A DNA stretch of 64,000 bases, from IMG/VR virus record IMGVR_UViG_3300031994_000066; one strand, written 5' to 3'. A program made the position numbers and the translations under genes. This DNA is from an uncultured virus (IMG/VR IMGVR_UViG_3300031994_000066) (lineage: Duplodnaviria; Heunggongvirae; Uroviricota; Caudoviricetes). Numbering within the stretch: the first letter of the stretch is position 1; every line of letters begins with the position of its first letter. The notes beneath the pieces were generated by a model. It worked only from the letters and a program-made list of their open reading frames with translations, made no database searches and was not told the origin of the DNA. Shown here one piece after another: positions 1-9,155 of this stretch.

Positions 1-2
1 TT

Positions 3-3000
3 CTGTACCGTTATGCAAGAAGCACGGACAGCGACTTTAACCACGTCAAGGTGATACTTGACACAGTGACATTGGACTGGAATACGATGCACAATACATA
101 CGGTGTTCCGGCAAATGCCAGCGGAGATACTACCGTGACGTTTGTCGCCTATGACAGTGGCTCAACTGGATATAGGCGATGCTATTTCGACTCAAACCAC
201 AATGTACACTCTTCCTATATGCCGTCCAACACCGTGTATTTCGACGAGTCGGATGGCACGTTCTACATCTTTCCAACCGGCACTACAAGAAAGCGTACAA
301 ATCCATACGTTCCATTCTTAAATACAGATGGTGAGCAAATAGAATTGCACGAGTTCACATACGCTGCCAAACGTATGGATAAAGCACCAACACTTACGGC
401 AACATTCTATGATTATGAGTGTTACGATAAGAAATGGAATACAAACAACAGCGACCAAAAGAAAGTACAAAGGTATTACAACATCTTCACAATCTTAAAT
501 GGTGAACGATATTACCTCAAGAATACTCCGACTTCAGTCTTTGAAGATAAGGATGCTCGATATAAACATTCGCTCGTATTTCTATCCGAAAGAGATATTC
601 TCGAACATACAATAATGTTCGATAGCGTCCATACTACATACCCGATATTCGACACAAATACAAGTTACGCACAAAACGCCATTGTTCAATATGGAGCATT
701 GTATTACCAGTTCCTCGTTGCTCACAGTGCGGGACCGTGGGATATTACTCAAGTAACACAGTTGACTGGAGTAACATCTCCAGTATCAGAGAGTGCGGAA
801 TTTTCTTTCTACGGAACAGCTATAGACCTCGCAAATCGCATCAATGGCGTACTCGTCCAAAGCGGAATAACAACATACGACCAAACAAGCGATACATACG
901 ATGGCTACCACGTTGTATTTGATTACTATCAGCAATTCTCGACGACAACAAATTACTCCGTTGATGATATTGTCATATACAACAACAAATACTATATCTT
1001 CACACAGAAGCACAATGCTGGAGCGTGGAATAGTAATCACGTCAATGAGTACACACTACCTGGACTCGCAATATCTTTTGACAAAGAAACGATATACGAT
1101 GCACTACAGAAATTCAACACTGACTTTGAGTTGATGTATTACTTTGATGGTCAAACGATATACGTCAAAGAGTATCAAAATCTCGTTTCCACAACAATAG
1201 AGCAAGGAGTTGAGGATGCTCTTCTGTCTATTGAAAAGCAAAACAAAAATAGCGAATTGGTCTCTCGTATGACAGCAATAGGCAGTGAGGATAACATTCC
1301 GTACTACTATCCGAATCCTACTGAAGACGGGTTCTTAAAACCAATATACCAACGAGACGGAAGCACAATTACAACAGTAACAGCACAAAAGAACGAGAAC
1401 TACGAAAACTCATTCTACAAAAACAGAAGCAAGTACGTTTTTAAGAACTGTAGAGTGAAAGATGTATCTGCGTATGTTGCAAACGATGTGATTGTAAACA
1501 AACTATCTGACGTTGGTGTTGGTGTAACGATTCTTGTCTACTTCAAGTTCAGTGTCACTGAAAATATGATAGATAATGGTGTTTCTTACATACCAATTAT
1601 GTATAAGAATGAAGACCCATTTTTGTCATACATCGCATACCCTATGTGTGTAAGAACAGCACCTAACTCATCTGGCACAATCATACACACTTTTTCTACG
1701 GATTCTGATGCTGTAAACAAACTCATAAATCAAGATATAATTCTGTTTCCGTGTTCAAATACTGGAACGTATTACCTTGAGGTACAGTTGAGGTATCAGA
1801 CCGGAAATCCTCCAAGTGCTGTACAATGGAACGGGAATCTTGTAACTGTCGTAAGCGGTTATTATTACGCACCAGTTATACTAAATGACGATGATGTTGT
1901 TCTTGACTATTTCTATTCAAGGGGAGATTTACAATACATAAATTCGCAGTATGCTTATCTAAACGATGATGGAGAGTGGATTTCTGTTTCACCTCTCGCT
2001 TGTTTGTATGTAGACCCAGACAATACATCGAGGAATGTTATATACAGAGATTTATCAACAAACAAATACTACAGATACGACCCATACCAAACAATAGCCG
2101 GCGTAAGACCAACATACGCAAGGTTTGCTGAAATAACAGCGTCTCAATCTGAATTAACTGGATTCCAATATCGAGACACATATCTTGTTGGAAAAACATC
2201 TCACAGAAGTTATGAAAAAGGATGGCGTTTATTCAATGGCGGTCAAACAAAAGATGTCGGAGACATTTCAAATCTCAACCGTATTGATGATTATGGAATA
2301 ATCATAACTGGAACTGTTAGATTTTTTGATGAGATACACTTTCTCGTTGAAAAATATCTACAACCGCAGCCTCATCTTATGCCAGAATTGTACCAGAAAA
2401 CGGATGGTGCAAGAAGATTCTACGACGCAACGCAATACCCAATAAGAGATAATGTTCAACAGCATCAACTTGATACTGATGCGGGAGAATATCTGACAAG
2501 CGACGGTGCTAATCCAATAGTATCAAACCATTATTACGAAGATGGTGGAGGTAACTATATGGTCATAGAAAATCCATACGAACAAGGAAACAAAAGAGAG
2601 TATATAGGCGAGTATGATGATATAAAACCAACATTAAAAGATGCGAAACTTAAAATAGGAAACGATGGCAACTATTCGCCATCTGGAACATTGAGACCGA
2701 TTGATGTCTTTCTTGAGTTTGCCTATGACCTATACGACAGTGACGAGATGATAGAAGCAACTGGCAACGAGAGCGACCAGTTGGCGTACCGGCACCCATA
2801 TTTCTTTGCAAAATTAAGACCCATCGGATTCAATCTGTTTGATATGGCTATTGACGAAAGCGAGATGGTTGTTCATTTCAATACTGGCCATTGTGGTTCT
2901 TGTGAGTTCAAGGTTATGGTCGGTGAAAAATACAAGCAGAACACGGTTAGAATATGGAAATATGATGTATTCTACTACAACGAATCTGGAAACCTTGAGT

Positions 3001-5669
3001 ATGCGTACCAAGCTGGAGATTTGATGCGATATGATAACAGAGATTTGTATAGGGAAGCAACTGGTGGTACTTATGAACTCATAACAGACGAGGGGCTTAA
3101 GGACATAACAACTGGAACAACACAATCTCTAAATGGTCTTGTTATTGCATTAAACTCAAACGCACAACGAACATACAGAACGTGGGGTGATGTTATCTGT
3201 ACAGATGTAACTCTTTCATCGGTAGAAGAAACACAAAAAGACACCACAAACACACCCACATGGATTTGTTTGATGAAAGACATATCCACATTCAACACCA
3301 TTATGCCGTCAACAATGCGTCTTCTTGCACCAGTCAGTGTTGCATCCGCCGGAGGCGATGCTGGAGCAGATAAGTTTGTGTTTACGCATATAAAGATGCC
3401 ACAAACGTATGTAAGAAATGCAGAAGTTGAACTAACGAAACAACTAATCAAAGACCTTGTTCTTATGAACGCAGAGCAATGGGCTTTTGCTATAAAATTC
3501 TCTCGAATATACTATGCAGAAAACACCGCAGTTGCTGTACTCGTAAATGAGAACACATTATTTAATAATGTTGTGTATGATGGTGTCGTGTACGAACTCG
3601 CTGTAGAATCATTCACCTACAAAGTACAAAATAAAGATTCTCTCCCAGAGATAACGGTTCAAATAGAAGACCTAAAGAACAAAATCAGATACAGAAAGCA
3701 TCTGGGGGGGGTTGTAAATCCATTCAACCCATTTGACCCGTGGATTATTGTAAGAGAGGATGACCCAGACGACCCAAGAATAAGAATAAGAAGAACATCC
3801 AACAGACTGAATATTATTTCCTCATCTATCAATGATATAAATGATATTGTTCAAATATTATCATTAAATAAGGCTGATAAAGATATAGTACAATCTCTCG
3901 ACTACTTTGCAGACCAAACAAAACGTCAAGCCATATACCTTGAAATCAACCAAGGCTACCCAGAGTTTGATGTAAGTACCGTGTATGAGAAAGACGCTGT
4001 TGTCAGAAAAGACGGTCTTCTGTACCGATTCACATCAAAGCATAACGCTGGCACATCTTGGGATTTGAGTAGCAAGACACAGACGAACATCGGTAGCGAG
4101 GACGGCATATCGCGAGACGCTGCAAACGCGGCAGACCTCAAGGCCTCAAACATCCTTACAGACCTTGGTTTTCAGTTGTTCGACTCTACTCGTTCCTACA
4201 GCGAGAACGAGATAGTAGTATACAACAACCGGCTGTACAGATTTACCACACCCAAGAGTGTTGGTAATTGGGATGTGTCAAAGGTTGCTCTCGATAGCGT
4301 CGCAAACTGTGTGTTCCGCTCGCTCGGTCTCGAAGAGTATAATTCAAGCAGTACGCAGACGATACGGAGAGGAACGAGCTTCTTCAAGAACGGAAAGGCT
4401 CTTATCGCCACACAAGACTTTGTTCCGTCTCAAGTTGGTGAGGATGTTTCTCGCGTTACAAATTCGTATAATATTGTGTCTATGACGGCCACCGAATCCG
4501 ACACAAAGGCATTGTCACAAACCGTCGAGGTTCTTCGTCAGACGGTCAGTTCGCTTAACTCACAAATCCTTGATAAGGACAACGGTCTCGCCACAATCGT
4601 AAGGGGTGTGAATAGCAGACTCGCGACACTGACATACGATATGGCTACATTGGCAGATTCTCTCAAGGCAAACGAACATCTTTCTCAAGATGCGAGTGTA
4701 ACCAGCGCCGCAGTAGCGGTAGTAAATTCAGCAAATGCCGCCACCGCTGAATTAACAGGTGCGGATGATAGTTCTGTGTACAACAAAATGGCAGATATAT
4801 ACTCGAAAGATGTATTCGGAGAGAGAGTATCAGTTGTTCGCTCGCAATTTACCACAGAAGACGCGGAGTTCAAATTCACAAAGATGATATACGACTCGTC
4901 GCATTATATGACCACGCAAGACGCTACATTTGTTGAGTTCAGCACCGAAGAATCATACAATGAGAAAGACCGAGTTATTCACAATAAACATCTGTATGAA
5001 TTTACATCACCTCACGAAAAAGGTGAATGGAATCCATTAGAAGTTACAAATATTGACGATATACTACTCAAGGCTGTTTTCTTTGCCACAGACAGATACA
5101 ACGAGGATGCTGAAGACATATTCCTTACCAAATGTCGTTTCATTGACACCAACGCTTTCTGTGACTATGTATATGAAATCGTAATCAAGAGCGGTGAAGC
5201 CGGAATAATCTATACGGAACTCAAGGACATCGTGGAAGCAGCAAGCAAGAATTATGAGGAAATATACGATGGCAGTGATAAAAATATGATTACCGACCAC
5301 GTTTGGGCTGTCGGAGGTTATACCGTCTTGCAGTTCGCCTCTCTCCGACTGGAATACAACGACCGTATATATGTCGCTGCAATATACAAAGACGATTACA
5401 CAAGGGATGATAACAGACACATTCTTTTTGACATAAAGTATATCAACTCAATGTCTGAAAAGTTGCAGACATTCTTTATTGAATCAGACAAAGAGGTTGA
5501 GTATGATGGCAAAACGTACTACTATGTGCCTCGCGTTGACATTGCAAAGAACATCGGTGACAACTACCTCTATTGTGCCGACGCTCAAGTTGATGACGGT
5601 AAGATGCTGTTTGTGGAAGAACTTACTCCAGTCGGCGAACAAAACTGTTATCTGTTACCGAAAGAATAA
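3..5669 (+). CDS. Large phage tail/baseplate-associated protein with repeated short aromatic (CBM5/12-like) modules; 5' end lies outside the window
   Basis: The frame has no stop from position 3 to TAA at 5669, so the GTG at 51 is not necessarily the start. It carries about 5 copies of F-x4-Y-x3-(D/E)-x-V-x5-Y-x-F-x3-H-x2-G-x-W. The segment SRMTAIGSEDNIPYYYP resembles Bacteroidales prophage tail proteins (from memory). Confidence 0.7.
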   Translation: MYRYARSTDSDFNHVKVILDTVTLDWNTMHNTYGVPANASGDTTVTFVAYDSGSTGYRRCYFDSNHNVHSSYMPSNTVYFDESDGTFYIFPTGTTRKRTNPYVPFLNTDGEQIELHEFTYAAKRMDKAPTLTATFYDYECYDKKWNTNNSDQKKVQRYYNIFTILNGERYYLKNTPTSVFEDKDARYKHSLVFLSERDILEHTIMFDSVHTTYPIFDTNTSYAQNAIVQYGALYYQFLVAHSAGPWDITQVTQLTGVTSPVSESAEFSFYGTAIDLANRINGVLVQSGITTYDQTSDTYDGYHVVFDYYQQFSTTTNYSVDDIVIYNNKYYIFTQKHNAGAWNSNHVNEYTLPGLAISFDKETIYDALQKFNTDFELMYYFDGQTIYVKEYQNLVSTTIEQGVEDALLSIEKQNKNSELVSRMTAIGSEDNIPYYYPNPTEDGFLKPIYQRDGSTITTVTAQKNENYENSFYKNRSKYVFKNCRVKDVSAYVANDVIVNKLSDVGVGVTILVYFKFSVTENMIDNGVSYIPIMYKNEDPFLSYIAYPMCVRTAPNSSGTIIHTFSTDSDAVNKLINQDIILFPCSNTGTYYLEVQLRYQTGNPPSAVQWNGNLVTVVSGYYYAPVILNDDDVVLDYFYSRGDLQYINSQYAYLNDDGEWISVSPLACLYVDPDNTSRNVIYRDLSTNKYYRYDPYQTIAGVRPTYARFAEITASQSELTGFQYRDTYLVGKTSHRSYEKGWRLFNGGQTKDVGDISNLNRIDDYGIIITGTVRFFDEIHFLVEKYLQPQPHLMPELYQKTDGARRFYDATQYPIRDNVQQHQLDTDAGEYLTSDGANPIVSNHYYEDGGGNYMVIENPYEQGNKREYIGEYDDIKPTLKDAKLKIGNDGNYSPSGTLRPIDVFLEFAYDLYDSDEMIEATGNESDQLAYRHPYFFAKLRPIGFNLFDMAIDESEMVVHFNTGHCGSCEFKVMVGEKYKQNTVRIWKYDVFYYNESGNLEYAYQAGDLMRYDNRDLYREATGGTYELITDEGLKDITTGTTQSLNGLVIALNSNAQRTYRTWGDVICTDVTLSSVEETQKDTTNTPTWICLMKDISTFNTIMPSTMRLLAPVSVASAGGDAGADKFVFTHIKMPQTYVRNAEVELTKQLIKDLVLMNAEQWAFAIKFSRIYYAENTAVAVLVNENTLFNNVVYDGVVYELAVESFTYKVQNKDSLPEITVQIEDLKNKIRYRKHLGGVVNPFNPFDPWIIVREDDPDDPRIRIRRTSNRLNIISSSINDINDIVQILSLNKADKDIVQSLDYFADQTKRQAIYLEINQGYPEFDVSTVYEKDAVVRKDGLLYRFTSKHNAGTSWDLSSKTQTNIGSEDGISRDAANAADLKASNILTDLGFQLFDSTRSYSENEIVVYNNRLYRFTTPKSVGNWDVSKVALDSVANCVFRSLGLEEYNSSSTQTIRRGTSFFKNGKALIATQDFVPSQVGEDVSRVTNSYNIVSMTATESDTKALSQTVEVLRQTVSSLNSQILDKDNGLATIVRGVNSRLATLTYDMATLADSLKANEHLSQDASVTSAAVAVVNSANAATAELTGADDSSVYNKMADIYSKDVFGERVSVVRSQFTTEDAEFKFTKMIYDSSHYMTTQDATFVEFSTEESYNEKDRVIHNKHLYEFTSPHEKGEWNPLEVTNIDDILLKAVFFATDRYNEDAEDIFLTKCRFIDTNAFCDYVYEIVIKSGEAGIIYTELKDIVEAASKNYEEIYDGSDKNMITDHVWAVGGYTVLQFASLRLEYNDRIYVAAIYKDDYTRDDNRHILFDIKYINSMSEKLQTFFIESDKEVEYDGKTYYYVPRVDIAKNIGDNYLYCADAQVDDGKMLFVEELTPVGEQNCYLLPKE

Positions 5670-5696
5670 ATCCCCATTTTTCTTATTGTTGTTGAA

Positions 5697-5727
5697 GAAA
5701 GCCCCCACCGCAATGGTAGGGGCTTTC
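5697..5727. terminator. Likely bidirectional intrinsic terminator between convergent genes
   Basis: GAAAGCCCC-CACCGCAATGGTA-GGGGCTTTC hairpin between the stops at 5669 (+) and 5759 (-). Confidence 0.7.
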
Positions 5728-5758
5728 GCTTTACAGGAGGTATGTAGGAAAAAACAGC

Positions 5759-6433
5759 TTATTCTTCCTCTGACTTTTCAGAAGCGTTCTTCATCACGTC
5801 TTTCAGTTCCTCAACGGCGAGCGTTGCTTGCTGAAAATCGCGAGTGGCTTCTGGGTCATCATCGTCGTGGAGCGGTTCAGCCATTAACTCGTCGTAACGC
5901 TCTTTCATCCACTTGACAATCTCCGTAGCCATCTTAATCATAAACTCTGGGTCAGAGAAAGCAATCATTGGATAATTGAGGATGTACGTCAAAGCGGTCA
6001 TTATCTGCTCCTGGTCTTCGATTTCCTTTGGCGACAGAACGTTTTGCTGGTCACGCATCTCGAAGAAGCTCTCCATCGCACCAGAGAGGCTTTCGTTGGT
6101 GTTCTCCGTATACATACGGAAACCGCCTTTGGCTCTCCACTCGTAACCAGTTCTGGTTTTCACAACAGCGCAGGCCCCCATATCGAACTCATCGACAACC
6201 TCGCTTTGAGGTATGCAAAAGTGCATCGGCTCAATTTGTGGTTTCTTGACTTCAGGCTTCTGTTCGGTCGCTTCGGCAACCGGCTGTGCCTCCTCCAACG
6301 ACATCTTCTCGTGTTCATCGTACAGAACGCGGATGTCTCGCAAGAGGTCACGAGTTTTTCCAGTCGCACTCGTCATAGCGACTATCTTGTCTTCCTTTGC
6401 CTTGATTTTGGCAATAATTTCTTCCTTGGTCAT
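5759..6433 (-). CDS. Hypothetical protein (224 aa, acidic)
   Basis: ORF in a tightly packed minus-strand run. Confidence 0.75.
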   Translation of the reverse strand: MTKEEIIAKIKAKEDKIVAMTSATGKTRDLLRDIRVLYDEHEKMSLEEAQPVAEATEQKPEVKKPQIEPMHFCIPQSEVVDEFDMGACAVVKTRTGYEWRAKGGFRMYTENTNESLSGAMESFFEMRDQQNVLSPKEIEDQEQIMTALTYILNYPMIAFSDPEFMIKMATEIVKWMKERYDELMAEPLHDDDDPEATRDFQQATLAVEELKDVMKNASEKSEEE

Positions 6434-6437
6434 ATCG

Positions 6438-6860
6438 TTACTGTTTTACGGTGTCAATGTACTGTCTGTAGATAGCCACGTTGCACAACTGTGCTTCAAG
6501 CTGTTCATCCGTGAGAGAGTTCACATCGAAGCCAGTGTTGAGATTCACGTTGATGTAACGCAGTTTCATTTCCTTGGTGTCGGTTGCGTTCCACTTCTTG
6601 ATGTACTTCTCTTTCACAAACTCGTAAGGATGCACAGAGAGATACACCTTGATGGCAGCAGCGTGACCAAAGTCTTTAACAACTTGCACCTCGCCGTTGT
6701 ACCTACGCTCAATTACGCAATAGGACTTCGAGCCGTCATTTTTGCCGACGAGGGCAATGGCTCGCACCCACAATGATTTGCCGTCATCTTTCTTCGGCAG
6801 TTTTCGACAGTCAGTCCAGATAAGGACATCCGTCATCGTTGATTTTTCAAGTTCTGTCAT
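6438..6860 (-). CDS. Hypothetical protein (140 aa)
   Basis: ORF with 3-4 nt gaps to its neighbours. Confidence 0.75.
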   Translation of the reverse strand: MTELEKSTMTDVLIWTDCRKLPKKDDGKSLWVRAIALVGKNDGSKSYCVIERRYNGEVQVVKDFGHAAAIKVYLSVHPYEFVKEKYIKKWNATDTKEMKLRYINVNLNTGFDVNSLTDEQLEAQLCNVAIYRQYIDTVKQ

Positions 6861-6863
6861 AAT

Positions 6864-7409
6864 TCAAAATATTTTATAACCGATATTTATTCCGTATGTA
6901 GTTCCGAGTTTGGTGTCATATCCAATTTTAGCCGATATGAGCCACTTTTGAGGCGATGATACAGAAATACCCACCTCTGGTACGAAACGCTCGTAGATGG
7001 AGGAAAAACCACCAAATCCGTACACTCTCCACCGCTCATCGAGAATTGTGTTTGTTACAGTGTTTGTCACGGTCACAAATTCTGTCTTCGGATATACCTT
7101 GATAGAGTCAAGAACAAGAGGCTCTATACCGCTCACCCAAGCATCATACGCACTATCCTCAAAGTAGTGTCTCTGTACGACCTCAAGAACAGTGTCACTC
7201 GGAACAAAAACATAATCTATGACCGTATCACGCTTCACGGACGGCTTGTAGAATGTCAATGTGTCGGTCTTCGTCTCGCGTATCGTGTCCGTCTTGTACT
7301 CTACGCGAACCTCCGGCTTCCCGTGGCAATTACCAATCAAGGATGCAACAAGGAAGCCTGCGAGGACGCATAGACAAACAATGAGTATGTTTATAAAAGT
7401 TTTCTTCAT
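6864..7409 (-). CDS. Membrane-anchored protein, DUF6808-like (possible lysis accessory protein)
   Basis: N-terminal hydrophobic helix, KTDTI/KTDTL/RDTV repeats, YDAWVSG..LDSIKVYP motif and an aromatic beta-strand C-terminus (GYKIF). Confidence 0.6.
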   Translation of the reverse strand: MKKTFINILIVCLCVLAGFLVASLIGNCHGKPEVRVEYKTDTIRETKTDTLTFYKPSVKRDTVIDYVFVPSDTVLEVVQRHYFEDSAYDAWVSGIEPLVLDSIKVYPKTEFVTVTNTVTNTILDERWRVYGFGGFSSIYERFVPEVGISVSSPQKWLISAKIGYDTKLGTTYGINIGYKIF

Positions 7410-8173
7410 TACAATATCTTCAACATCTGATTTCCGACGTAGCGGTACTTGTCTGTAGTGCCATCGAGGACGTATGTCTCACCGTACACATTGAAGCACA
7501 ACTCTGGATTCAAAGCGGCATAGGTGGCGGTTGCAGCAACCACGCTCGGAGCAAGGATAGCATAGGTGTTTGAGGCTGTTTTGGCACACACCTTGATACT
7601 TCCGTCGGTTGTGAAGAAATACACTTTTTTCCAGTTGCTGCTGTTCGCCGCAGGAGTGGAAGATACGCTATAGTATGTACGGTTCAGTGTGGCATCAATC
7701 TCTTCGGTCTTGCCCTTGATATTCTGAAGTTCAAATGTTATCTCGATGTAATGGACGCTACCCTTGTACACATCCTCTCTCGGCTCTGAACTCTTAATGA
7801 ATACAAAGTCAAACTTTCGACCTCTCACACGGTCAAAGAACGTGAATACGCCTTTCTTGATAAACTGGATGAATGTGTCCTTAATAAAGGAGCGGTTCTC
7901 TCCGATGAAATCGAGCGTTAGCTTCACGGTCGTGGCTTTGTTGTGTACTACATCCGGCATATAGGTGCGCAGTTGCTCGGCATCGGCGTACTCTTCCGTA
8001 TAGGCGTTTTTAGACTCTCCGACAGAATCCATACCCTCCATTTTGTTATAGAGTATAGCACCGCCAAAATCTGTATATAGGTTCACTGTCGTGTTGTCGG
8101 ATTTACGCAGAATACTCATCAACTTCGTGGCCTCCGCTCCAGTCAGTTTTGATATTTGCTGTTGTGTCATCAT
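7409..8173 (-). CDS. Hypothetical protein, possibly distal-tail-like
   Basis: 254-aa ORF overlapping both neighbours; the function is a guess from the beta-rich N-terminal half. Confidence 0.6.
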   Translation of the reverse strand: MMTQQQISKLTGAEATKLMSILRKSDNTTVNLYTDFGGAILYNKMEGMDSVGESKNAYTEEYADAEQLRTYMPDVVHNKATTVKLTLDFIGENRSFIKDTFIQFIKKGVFTFFDRVRGRKFDFVFIKSSEPREDVYKGSVHYIEITFELQNIKGKTEEIDATLNRTYYSVSSTPAANSSNWKKVYFFTTDGSIKVCAKTASNTYAILAPSVVAATATYAALNPELCFNVYGETYVLDGTTDKYRYVGNQMLKIL

Positions 8174-8598
8174 GCGTGATATGTTTTAAGTTGGTTCTGT
8201 GTTTCTCTCATCATCTTCTTGGAGATGATTCTGTTTTGATTTGGTCTCTTCAATTTTCCAAGCGACGGAACTTTATACCCAAGACTAATAAGTTCCTTGT
8301 AGAAGCCAGATGGATATATTGGCATCAGCATGTGGGTGAATGGGTTTTTCGCCCTACAGTTCTGCTCGTTGATTTTTACAGCAAGCATATTCACCCAGCA
8401 ATGAGAGTTGTACTCCATCAAGGCGTTCATCTCAATGGGTATGTTGATGGTTCTAACCACTCTGCCGTCAATCTCCGCTGTTCCATAATGAGCTCCACGG
8501 AACTTTGACAGACAGACACAAGCGAGCAAGTTCTGTTTCGCCTCCTCTGGTGTTTGCCAGCTCAACATATCCTTTACGTTTGTCTGTAGTGGTGTCAT
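8170..8598 (-). CDS. Hypothetical protein (142 aa)
   Basis: ORF with ATGA-type overlap to the next gene. Confidence 0.7.
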   Translation of the reverse strand: MTPLQTNVKDMLSWQTPEEAKQNLLACVCLSKFRGAHYGTAEIDGRVVRTINIPIEMNALMEYNSHCWVNMLAVKINEQNCRAKNPFTHMLMPIYPSGFYKELISLGYKVPSLGKLKRPNQNRIISKKMMRETQNQLKTYHA

Positions 8599-8599
8599 A

Positions 8600-9091
8600 T
8601 TACTTGATTATCATTTTCACCGTTGATGCTCCGTTAATGGTTTTCACGGAAGCACCCTCTGTCATAAATACGTTCACGCCGAAGCCATTGTTGTCAATGA
8701 CAATCTCGCTGTTCTTGTCTGGATAGAGCGATACATAATGGTTCTTCGGAACAACGACCTTGCATTGACAACTCAACAGAGACAGTTGCGTAGTGTCAGC
8801 GAGAATATCGTCCGTATGCTTGCAGTATACGGCAGACGTATAGCATCCGTTCTCGACCTCAAATTTCGGCTTATACAAGCCGTTTATGTAGTTCTTGAAG
8901 AAACGGCAGATGTCATCGTAAGGTGTTTCCATACCAACCTTATTAAGGTTCTGGAAAAATGTCATACCGTTGCTGTCGGCTATCAACTCAAAAATCTGCT
9001 TCTTGCTTCTTGCAGAAGATAACTTTTTTTGATACTCCGAACACAGTCTGTGGTCGTTGTTAATCAGTGTTATATACTCAACAAACTCCAT
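8600..9091 (-). CDS. Hypothetical protein (163 aa)
   Basis: First ORF after the promoter at 9115-9145. Confidence 0.7.
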   Translation of the reverse strand: MEFVEYITLINNDHRLCSEYQKKLSSARSKKQIFELIADSNGMTFFQNLNKVGMETPYDDICRFFKNYINGLYKPKFEVENGCYTSAVYCKHTDDILADTTQLSLLSCQCKVVVPKNHYVSLYPDKNSEIVIDNNGFGVNVFMTEGASVKTINGASTVKMIIK

Positions 9092-9114
9092 TTGTCTATA
9101 TCTTTATTGCAATG

Positions 9115-9145
9115 CAAAAGTACAATTTTTTTTTGAACTGACAAA
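9115..9145 (-). promoter_or_regulatory. Bacteroidetes primary-sigma promoter
   Basis: Minus strand reads TTTG-N19-TACTTTTG, matching the -33/-7 consensus TTTG...TAnnTTTG. Confidence 0.7.
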
Positions 9146-9155
9146 ATATTTTTTT

